Origin: Amphiscolops sp. MND2022
Taxonomy: Eukaryota
Direction of reading: 5' to 3'
Assembly: GCA_964187785.1 (NCBI GenBank)
Contig: OZ076409.1
Coordinates: 45,014,001 to 45,078,000 of the forward strand
Length of the DNA: 64,000 nt
Part shown: in pieces, positions 51,933 through 62,134 of the stretch
How the letters are laid out: each line of letters starts with the position of its first letter
Numbering within the stretch: position 1 is the first letter of the stretch
The notes under the pieces: generated by a model
Told to the model about the DNA's origin: nothing
Database searches by the model: none
What the model saw: only the letters and a program-made list of their open reading frames with translations
Translations under genes and position numbers: made by a program

Positions 51933-52335
51933 CTTCTGTCAATACTAATTTTGACCCACCTGACAGTCCTGTCAAAGTTTATTCTTCTTGTCGCTTCCCT
52001 CCAGAATAATATATTTACCTTTAATTTTCTTAATTCTCACTCTGAATCTTAAATACCCTAACCCAATTATATTTCCATACTAATATTGTATCTTTTCTCC
52101 ATATAATTAAACCTACTTCCTTTTTCATTTGTCGTCATTCTTGCTTTCACTCTAGTTACTCCTACCCACTTTCTCCAAACAATTTTCTTGAACTTTTCTA
52201 TACATCTTACTTTCATCTAAATTCATACAATCTTTTCTAAATAGAAAACACACATTCGTATAACCTTATCCAAACGCACATTCGCATAATTTTCACCCTT
52301 TCAACTATTCATTTCTACCTTCTTTCCACACAAAA

Positions 52336-53817
52336 ATGGCCACTATCAATCCTGAGGAAGAACTTCTTTCCAGTATTGCATCTTTGTCACCCCCTCTTTC
52401 TCTTAAATCTGGTACTCCTGATCTTCCCCTTGCCAATGATCTCCTTCCATCTAATTTTAACAATACTCCCGAACCTACTGTACCTACTACAAATAATTCC
52501 ACCATTTCTCAATCTAATAAACCATCTTCGAATAATCTTAAATCTCGTCATTCTCCTACTCCCCCTCCAAATAATCTTCATTTTACTATTGATAATCATC
52601 CTATTCCTCCTAAAAAGAAATATAATATCCTCGAAGATCCTGTTTTTATTGATTCTGGTATTTTACCTCCAACTCTTCAACCATTAAAAACTCCTTCTCA
52701 ATCAAATACAATGACTGACGAAGTCCTCCGTACTCATCCAAATTTTAAAGCTAACCTCCCTTCATTTTTCATGACCCCTACTTCTTATAAATTTCGTTTT
52801 CCTCAAGATCGTAGTTTTGACCACTATGTTGCTTATGCTTCCAAAAATCTACCACAACTCGCCTATTGGCAAAACAATCGTGTTCGTTTCTTCCAATTCC
52901 AATTCAACCTTCTTAAACCAACCCAACATGATTTAAATACCAATCCCAATGATATAACCACAACTCCCTCTGTTAAAAAACTTCACCACCAAACCTATCA
53001 ACTTTTTCTTCAACACAAACACCCTCAAAACTTCATCTTCCAAAATCATAAATTTACTTCTCCATTTTCATACCATTCTCACTATTCTTTAAACCACCTC
53101 TTCACTATTGGAACAATTCGTAAATATGATCCTGTAAAATAATATTTTGTTCTCTCTTCCTATCATGATCCTACTCGGCCGTTATTTGTCCCTCAAGAAG
53201 CACTTAATGTCATTGATGACTTTTTACTTCCTACACACATTCCCAACGCTGTTTCAAATTTCTTCCCAAAAATGAATAAATTAGTAGAAACTCCTCTCGA
53301 TGATCATTCTCGTTCACTCTACACAGCACTAGTTCACAAACACTATTCTCTGGCACAACTCAATTTTATTATCGCAAAACTTTCCTCTTTTATTCTCAAA
53401 AAACAATACAAATATTTCTCATTAAACATCTCAGATGAAATTCTCCAAACTCTTCCTAAACATACTCCTCCTAATACTACGTCTGAACCTTCTCACACTA
53501 CAATAATCCCTCCTTCATCTAATTCATATGTTCTCCAGACTACCAATCCTAATGTGTGCATAAATTCTTTCTCTTGTCCAACAGACAAATTTGTCTCAGA
53601 AATACTTACTCTTCTCCGTCCACATGTTGAAATCGCCCCTAATACTGATCCTTTTGTTATTTTAAACCACATCTTTGACACTTTCCGTAATCTTCAATCT
53701 CTACTTCAACTACACTCAACTGATATCCAAAATTTAACGATCTCTACAATTCATGTCAACGATTTTCTTAAAAAACTTGTTCTACTTGAAACTCCTCCTC
53801 AATTCACTTCCTCTTAA
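52336..53817 (+). pseudogene. Accessory ORF Y (~493 codons, one internal TAA at 53140)
   Basis: ORFs 52336..53142 and 53272..53817 are in the same frame, separated by a single stop; AAAAATGG start context. Confidence 0.65.
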
Positions 53818-54483
53818 ACCTCTCTCTTACTGGTAAACACTTTCTTTCTTTTAATTCCTTTTCACAAAAAATTTTTTTTTCAATCGACTGGATAACAAAT
53901 TTCCATAGATAACAAATTTCCATCTTATCTTTTTCGACCTCTTATTCAATTAACATAGATATTACATCTTTCACTCCTTATTAACATATATCATCTTCCT
54001 TCTCACTTTTGACACTCTTTCCTATTGTTTCCTCTACTCCTTAATAAATTAACTTGACTTTTTCACTTGTTCTTTCAATAAATGTTGACACTATCCTCAT
54101 AATATCTTCTAACATTATTAACTTTTGACAATCTTTTTCCAATTTTCTCTTTCATTTGCTTTTCCAACTCTCTTCAGATCACTCCTCTTTTGAATATCAA
54201 ATTCTAAATCTTCTACTGAATACCCACATTTCCGTTTTTGTCACGCTTATACTATCAGGTATAATATGTTTCAAATAACTTTCCAACTTTTCAAACACAA
54301 ATTCAACAAGTATTTTACACCTCTTTCTTTTTTCGTATTTTCAATTCTATCATATATTCCTCCTTTAGAATCAATAAATTCACCACAACACTTTCTCTAT
54401 ATTAAAACTTTCTCTATATTAAATTACTCTACATACTATAAAAATAATCATAATCCAACATTATCATTTATTCTGTTTCAGTA

Positions 54484-55389
54484 ATGACATCTTATCCTCC
54501 TTCGACATTGGCATATCCTCTTCTCACTCAACTTCTGGACTCTTCGCTGCCTTTCCCTGTTTCTTCCACTTCTTCAACATTCACTCTTCCAACTGTTGCC
54601 GCTACCTCTTCATCATCCCCCATTGTTTCATCATCTGCATCATCCACTGTGGCATCTGTGATATCATCCAATGTTGCATCTATAACATCTGCTGTTTCAC
54701 TATCACCCATTCCTTCTTTTGTCAATACTACAGCTTCAAATACATCTGCCTCAACTACACTTCCAGTGCTTTCTTCTTCTATTTCGTCTCCAGTTTCATC
54801 GATCGAGTCTTCTTTCTTCCTCCATCCCAAAGATGCTGTTGCCACTTCTCCACACTTCCAACAATATTCAGCCGTCCGCCAATTGACCCGTGATCTTCAA
54901 CAGAAAAAACCCAAGCATCCCAGACGTCCACACTTGCCTTCCGATATAATTCATCAACCTGTTCGTCGACTGGTCCACACAGTGGTCTATAAACAAAAGT
55001 TGAACCAGTATATAGATGCACTCAAATTGTATGAAAAACACATTGATGAACTTATTGAACAAACTACTTTTGAATTAGATAAAATTAATAATAAACCCCC
55101 CCTTTCAAAATTGCGAAAATTTAAAACGCCTCAGTCCATGCAATTATCCCCTCTATCTATTCAAATCCCTTCTAATAATTGCTATAACCATTATAATTGT
55201 TTCTCCTCTAATACTCTCCATTGTTCACATGTTCCTATCAACTATGCTATTCATTCACATTTTCCTCCCCCTCCACCTTCCCCGGCCTTAATCCCCATTC
55301 GCATTGAAGCCATAACCCCCACTTTTCAACCTCCCTCCCCTCTAAACGATTTAGACCAGTTGGTAACTTCGTTGAACGACGTTGATTAA
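54484..55389 (+). CDS. Accessory ORF Z (301 aa; S/T-rich N-terminus, central coiled-coil-like helix, Pro-rich C-terminus)
   Basis: Intact ATG..TAA, directly preceded by a splice-acceptor-like TTCTGTTTCAG. Confidence 0.62.
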   Translation: MTSYPPSTLAYPLLTQLLDSSLPFPVSSTSSTFTLPTVAATSSSSPIVSSSASSTVASVISSNVASITSAVSLSPIPSFVNTTASNTSASTTLPVLSSSISSPVSSIESSFFLHPKDAVATSPHFQQYSAVRQLTRDLQQKKPKHPRRPHLPSDIIHQPVRRLVHTVVYKQKLNQYIDALKLYEKHIDELIEQTTFELDKINNKPPLSKLRKFKTPQSMQLSPLSIQIPSNNCYNHYNCFSSNTLHCSHVPINYAIHSHFPPPPPSPALIPIRIEAITPTFQPPSPLNDLDQLVTSLNDVD

Positions 55390-56700
55390 AGAATCATTGA
55401 TTAAATATTTTTTGAAATTTTATCATCCATATTTTGACCATATTCACTTTGTCTGTTTTCAAACACATCTTTTAACCCCCCCATGTTTTTCTTGACCCTT
55501 ATAACCTCTACTATTGTACTATACCTTCCATTTTATCTAAAATTTTCAAAATTTCCTCACTAAAATTTCCCATTTTTTTCCCAAAATCTGCTTGTAACTT
55601 CGGTTCTAACAAATCAATTTTTTCAAATTCTATCTTAGCATGATGCTTTTGACCTACTTACTCTTAAATGCTGGAGCTATCCATTTTCTTCCCTTTTCTT
55701 CACCATTAATAAACTTTTTGAACCATAACTCCAAATTTTTTCTCTTCCTCCCAAAACATTTTTTGACTTTACTCCTCTTTAACTTCAATTCAACAAAATA
55801 TCTCCTTTTTAATTTTACTCCTACTCATCATATGTTCAAACCTACTTACCTCGGTATCTAACTCTTCTTCACTTGCTTTTTAACGAACTAAATTTGCGTG
55901 ATCAAAACATTTCTTCCATTTTCTCAATTGAAAAAATACCTGCTACGTGATATAAATTTGAACAAATATTGACTCATATGGCTTTGTTTTCGCTCAAAAT
56001 TTGCTTTCTTACGCCGCCTCTTTGCTTTGAAATTCTGACGTCTCATTTTAGTTGATTAAAAAGGCCCATAAGACAAACGCTTAGTTAAAAAACAACTGAG
56101 AATCTTCGGCTTCTTGCATGAATTTCCTAGTCAATTAGGCTGTCAAATTTTGCCATCTCTCACTTTTCATGTTCTCCTCCTTGTCAATCAAACTTTTACC
56201 GCCTCGGAAGATACTAACTCATTCGTCCTGTACAAAATTTTCATGAAATCTGAAACAATTTTGCTGAATTCGTAACCAACATGAACATGTCGAATTTCAA
56301 ATATTGAACTGAAAATAAACAAAAATAAAATTTTTCTTCTTCCTCTTCTCCCTTTCCTATTCTCTCATGTATTCCTGACCTATTAACTAAAGTTAATACA
56401 TCACTCCCTTGAAGATACTTTTATCTACACTAAACATCAAAAAATGCCCGTAACTCACGAAAGGAAAGATATGAAGACAACCCTATCATTAAAAATTTTT
56501 TTATTATTTTTCACAAAATATATGAAGACAACTTTTCAAATGAAAACCCCTATTGCAAGATTATTAAAATTCCTCCTTTTTCTTTCTCTAAACATATTGA
56601 ACTAAACTCCAACCTTTTTAATGGAACCCCAATTTCCAAGATACCTTTTAACAATAACCCTAAAAAAATTTCTTTTCTCTTTTTTCAAAACCCGGTCGGA

Positions 56701-57008
56701 TGATATACCAGATATATATGTTGCTTGATTTTATATCATTCCCCCAACCCCCCGTATGTCTAGACTTTATAACAAATGCACTTCATCAATGTAACTGATT
56801 AATATTCTAGACGTAAACTTGATGTACCCACTTTATATTCTGTACGATGCATTTCGATTTAGAACACAACTATAATTCATTCTTCACCAACCAGTTGTCT
56901 TCCTTTAAGACCTAATATCTGCAGCTCTATTAGTGTCTTAAAGTACTAAGATCAAATGAACATTCCATCTCTGTCCCACTGATCTATAGTAAGAACTCAA
57001 GTACTTTA
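56701..57008 (+). repeat. 3' LTR of element B (308 bp)
   Basis: Copy of 38296-38605, followed by TSD CAAT. Confidence 0.96.
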
Positions 57009-57661
57009 CAATCTTTCAATATTTTTCGAGTTATTTTAACAAAATGCCAAAAGACAATCTTTTTATTTGAAAATTGTAACAGTGAATCTGTTTTAGACTT
57101 CTATGATTACTCTAAAATGAAAACGAAGCCTGGCCCTGGTTGAAGTTGGTATGCATATAAACAATTGATTTTTGTTGCCTTTGTTTGTCAGCTTCGATAA
57201 CGCGTATAGATGCCATCAGAAAACTGAACTTGCCCCACCAAGCTTTCAATTTTTTTTCAATCTTATAAAGTATTGTCAATCTCAATCTCAAACTTGTTTT
57301 CGAGGACCTTGTCAATCTCAAGTTCAATCTCAATCTTTGTTTTTCAATCTCAATCTTGAAAATTTGCTGAGATTGAAAACACTGACCAGAACCCCACCAA
57401 CTTGTAACGCTATATCGTCCCTTTTCAACCTTCAAAGGTATGAAGCCATCAAAATTTGTGAAATGCGGTATCGGCAATTCTTTCTCTTTAGCCGATTACG
57501 CTTGGAAAAATTGGCAGACGGAATCTCCGATGTGTCATTGTGGCAAAAGTGAAGAGACTACAGAACATTTCTTTCTGGCATGTGGACTATACCAAGACAT
57601 CAGACCTGAAGACATTGACTCACTGAATCTCCTTGACCCTGATGATTGCAATACCTTTGTC

Positions 57662-58011
57662 GGGTGGCTGTAAATAGGTCGAATTTTTCTGGTCGAAAGG
57701 ACAGAGGTCGAACCTTTTGATCGAATTGCAGGGATCGAAAGGAATGCGGTCGAATTTTATCGTATTTGTTGTATGGCTCGGTCGCTTCGCTCCCTTTGCC
57801 AAGTAGCAACATTGAGGCATGACCATATGGCACGTCGCTCCGCTTCGCTTCGCTCCTGCATTCAGGGCACTAGGGGTATGTAAACATATCTGACTACGTT
57901 ATAAAAAATTCGATCCGAGTTGTTTCGATCCCATTCAAAAAATTTGGTATGTCGACCTGAGGACTAACTCTGATTTTCGATCCCGTTCCTTCGACCTACT
58001 TCCGCCCACCC
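57662..58011 (+). mobile_element. Mutator-type MITE copy 3
   Basis: Same family; 9 bp TSD ACCTTTGTC/ACCATTGTC. Confidence 0.88.
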
Positions 58012-58126
58012 ACCATTGTCAACTACATCTCACATTCAACGAAATTAAAAGGAATCGTATAACTCTCATCATTAAATCCTAACTTAACTTTATTCAACTC
58101 TCAATGCTCTCTTCGTACTATTTATT

Positions 58127-59150
58127 ACACTTGCGATAAGCAAGTGTTATGGGAAAGTGCGGGTGCTTTTTTTTCCGCGCGACAACTCTCTGATTTCACG
58201 CGGCAACTCGCACGTTTCACGCGTTCGTGGTCTAGTGGTAAGATGCTTGCTTTTCAACCCAGAGGTTTCGTGTTCGAACCCGTGGGTATGCGCTAATTTT
58301 TTTACAAGTATTCCGAAGCAGAAGGTTCTGACGTTTTTCGGCACTATGAGACTTTTCGGCTTTGTGAGACTTTTTTTCGGCTTTGTGAGACTTTTTTTCG
58401 AAATTTTTTAAATGTCCCCAAAGAGTCCTCCTTTCAATTTTTATGATATTTTGCAAGAGAACGAATGATAAAAAATCCCAAAGGGTCCCTTTTTCAGATT
58501 TTTCGGCACTATGAGACTGTTCAAAATTCTATTTTTTTTTCAAAAATTTTTCAGACTCCCTTATTTTTTTCAAAAATTTTTTAATGTCCCCAAAGCGTCT
58601 TCCTTTCAATTTTTTGATATCTTGCAACAGAACGAATGTTATAAAGTCCTAAAGGGTCCCTTTTTCACATTTTTTGGCACTATGCGACTTAGCGGAAACT
58701 TCAAAAAAATTCGGAAAATTTTTTCTCAATTTTTAGTTTTAAAAGACCGTTTTTTTAAGGACCGATCTTTTTTCTATGCGATTTTTTTAAAATTTGATTT
58801 CACCGAAGCCCCTGCTCAATTTTTACAAGAAACGAAACGTTTTGCGAGAGGACTCCTCAAGGCTTTGCGACTTACCGGAGACCATCAAAAATGTTTTCGA
58901 AAAATTTTGAAATTTTTTTTCTTCTATTTTCTGTTTAAGGATTTCCGTTGAGAAAGAATGGGTTTTTTGCTGTTTTCAGTTGGGAAAGAATGGTTTTCGA
59001 GGCTTACGCGTTTCCCTTCGGGTATTTTTTGGCGCTGTAAAATTGATGAAATTTAAATCTCCTTTTACCCTTGGTTTTCCGTATGATATTGCTTATTTGG
59101 TTTTCTTCAAAAGTTTGCAAGTCTTTGCGAAGCACGGCTTCGCCTCTGTG
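58127..59150 (+). mobile_element. Non-autonomous Helentron/DINE-1-like element with an internal tRNA-like segment
   Basis: 5' palindrome CACTTGC-GATAA-GCAAGTG; 3' subterminal inverted copy TTGCAAGT followed by hairpin GCGAAGC-acg-GCTTCGC; T-rich flanks; A/B-box segment at 58221-58293. Confidence 0.72.
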
Positions 59151-59784
59151 TCAAATTAGTAAACGAGGTCAATTACAACCAACAGCTTGTGCAGTTCATG
59201 GAATCAGGTCCTCCACTCAAGTGTCGTTTGATTGGTGTCTAAACGTAATGTCGATGAATGTTTAGCAGTCATGTTTGTAAATATTTATTATTTCAATTTT
59301 TGTATTGTCTCCCTTTGTACCATTTAGGTTTCAATTTGTATATGCGGTTGTTGGTCTCAATTTTCGTTCCAAATTCATTTCTTTTTCTTTAAATGTAAAT
59401 TTTGTTCAAATTTTGGAAAAGTTTGCCTTGCAATTTCTGTTAGTAGAGTATTAATAAATCAATTTATTACTTCGTTATTGCTACCCTTTTCTCTCTTAGA
59501 CAGTTCACCGTGCCTTTTCAATAGTAGAAATTGGTACAAAACAAAGCTTTCTGGAAAAGCCACACTTTACAAGAGAAGGCATATTGATTTATCCTCACAA
59601 CTGACAAATAACGATCAACAGACCCATCTGATTGAGAATTGCAGATGAAACAAGCTATGGAAACCCTGACGAGAAATCATTGAGCTCAATATTTTGGAAT
59701 TTTTCATTGGAAAGCTTGTCATAAAAATTAAGAAAGCCTCGGAAACGCAATACTTTAAACTTGATTTCAATGCTAAACCTATTT

Positions 59785-59950
59785 ACACTTGCGATAAGCA
59801 AGTGTTATAGGAAAGTGCGAGTGTTTTTATCCGCACGACAATTCGTGTCAGCCGGAATTCAGGCGTTCATGGTCTAGTTGTAGGATGCTTGTTTTTCAAC
59901 GCAGAGGCTTTGTGTTCGAATCGGTGCGTATTCGCTAATTCTTTTTCAAG
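59785..59950 (+). mobile_element. Partial copy of the Helentron-like element
   Basis: Same 5' palindrome and tRNA-like segment. Confidence 0.7.
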
Positions 59951-61023
59951 CCGTGCTGCTTCCAATCTATATTAGCCGCGGCTTCTAGTGATGATACCGA
60001 ATGCGTTTTATTATTCATTTCTGCGATAGCAGAAACAATATTGAAATCTGAATTATTGAACTTTTTTTCAGTTCAATTTTTGTGATTTTGAGTACCCACT
60101 GAAGATATTTTGTTTGTCAGTGAGTATAAGCGTGAGATTTAAATTTTTCTAGCTGCCGACAACAATTCGTTTCCCGTGCGATGGAACGAGCGAGTGGTAA
60201 TTATGCTTTGGTACATAGAGTTATTGAAACGAAGCGAACGAGTGTTTTTTTGTTCGCCGAGAGCTTCGCCTGCATTCAAATGCGAATACGAAATTTCGCC
60301 TACGCTTAGTCCGAGAATTTTCTTTAGTCCGAGAATTCAAGGCGGTGTGAACTTGTACAGTGAATAATGGTGCGCTATATAAGTCATTAAGATATGCTTC
60401 TATTATTGAACATGAAAGCCTAAAAGTAGAAATGAAACTGCCCCCACAGGGGCCTATTTTGAGAATGTTTTCACTTTAGTATGCCGCCTATTTTGGTCTT
60501 CTGGGCGCTTCCCCCTAAAGGTTTTCTTATTTCGGAACTCGAATTGTTTTTGTGCTATTTTTAGTCGGCGCATTTCAATGAGCGCGACTGTTACAGTGGC
60601 AAGGTTTACTTTCTTCGTCAGATAACAATGTGTTCATAGTGGACACTTGTTACAGAACTACTAAATTACGGGACCGGGCAGCGGAAACTCATCTAAGTTA
60701 GTGCAAAGGGTCCCCTTTCATTTATTCCATTTTAAACAAAACATACAAAGCCGGACGAAACTAAAGTGTCCCCCTTTTCGATTTTTTTCAGCACTGTGAG
60801 CTATTTTTCGAAAATTTTTTATTGTCTCTAAAGGGTCTTCGATATTTTGCAACAAATTGGATGTTAAAAAAGCCCAAAGGGCCCCTCCTTTGAAATTTTT
60901 TGGCATTGTGAGATTTTTCAAAGTGCTTTTTTTTCGTGTTAAAATTAGCTTTTCTCAGCACGTTATATCCGAATTTCGTTTTTTTTAAGACCGGCGTTTT
61001 TCCATGTGAGTTAGTGACTTATT

Positions 61024-62110
61024 ACACTTGCAATAAGCAAATGTTATGGGAAAGTGCGGGTGTTTTTTTTCCGCGCGACAACTCTCTCGTTTCAGCCCGC
61101 AAGTCGCAGAGCTCAGGCGTTCATGGTCTAGTGGTAAGATACATGCTTTCAACCCAGAGGGTTCGTGTTCGAACCGGTGCTTATGCGGTAGTTTTTTACA
61201 AGCATTCCGAAGCAGATGGTTTCCTATTTTTTCGGCACTGAGACTCCCCCTTTTCGGTTTTGTGAGACTTTTTTTCGAAAATTTTTTAATGTCCAAAAGG
61301 GTCCTCCCTTCAATTTTTTCCATATTTTGCAACAGAACGAATGTTAAAAAATCGCAAAGCGTCCCATCTTTCAGATTTTTCGGCACTATGAGACTTCCTG
61401 TTGTTTTTGTTGTTTTTGCAAATATTTTAAAATCTCCCCTTCAATATTTTGATTGAATTTTGCAACAGAATAGATATTAAAAATCTCAAAGGGTCTCTCT
61501 TTTACAGATTTCAGCATTGTGAGATTTTTCAAAATGAATATTTTTTGCTTTAAATTAGGTTTTCTTGCCCAGTACGCTATTTCCGAATTTTGTTTTTTTT
61601 CAAAGACCGGTGATTTTTTCTATGCGACTTTTTTCCAATTTGTTTTCATCAAAGCCCCCCCCCTCAAATTTTACTAGTAACAAAACGTTTTGCGAGCATA
61701 AAGGCCTTGTCAGTGTTTTCGGCTCTATGCGACTTACCGGAAACCTTTATCAAAACTTTCGAAAAAGAATCCTCAGTTTTTATTTTTTGAGAGGATCTCG
61801 GATGAGATAGATGGGCTTTTTGCTATTTCCAGTTGAGGAAAATGGTTTTCGAGTCTTATGCGTATCCCTCCGGGTATTTTTTGGCGCTTTAAAATTGAAT
61901 AAATTTTAACATTATTGTTCTTTTACACATGGTTCTCCGTATGATACTGCTTAATTGGGTTTTTCTTCAAAAGTTTGCAAGTGTTTGCGAAGCTTGGCTT
62001 CGCCTCTGTGTTACACTTGCGATAAGCAAGTGTTATGGGAAAGTGCGGGTGTTTTTTTTCCGTGCGACAACTCTCTGATTTCACGCGGCAACTCGCACGT
62101 TTCACGCGAG
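61024..62110 (+). mobile_element. Full copy (61024-62010) plus tandem partial copy (62013-62110) of the Helentron-like element
   Basis: Same termini; the end CTCTGTG is followed by TT and a new ACACTTGCGATAAGCAAGTG head. Confidence 0.72.
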
Positions 62111-62134
62111 TAGTGGTGGTGTGTATGCCTTGAG

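Larger units (their letters stand above)
38296..57008 (+). mobile_element. Envelope-bearing Gypsy/Ty3 LTR retroelement B (18,713 bp)
   Basis: LTRs 38296-38605 and 56701-57008; 4 bp TSD CAAT; PBS-like TGGTGCGACC at 38608; gag-PR-RT-RH-IN, env and three accessory ORFs. Confidence 0.96.
38171..57384. mobile_element. hAT MITE (~500 bp) split by element B: pieces 38171-38295 and 57009-57384
   Basis: TIRs CAGGGTTTTCAATCT / AGATTGAAAACACTG; perfect 8 bp TSD ACCAGAAC (38163-70, 57385-92); many CAATCT subterminal repeats. Confidence 0.92.
35179..58120 (+). mobile_element. 5'-truncated degenerate LINE ORF2 (APE-RT-CCHC), interrupted by four nested insertions
   Basis: GDLNAR, YRPLSISSHIGKTLEKIL, QEGFR, DLEKAFDSV, GIPQGSVLSPLLF and FADD at 35174-37780. 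The C-terminal SPMCHCGKSEETTEHFFLAC resumes at 57393-57661 and ends at ~58062. Confidence 0.85.

Noticed and set aside
58221..58293. Functional tRNA genes here and at 59862, 61117, 62179 and 63405
   Set aside because: A/B boxes are present but the acceptor and anticodon stems do not pair properly, and all are embedded in repeats.
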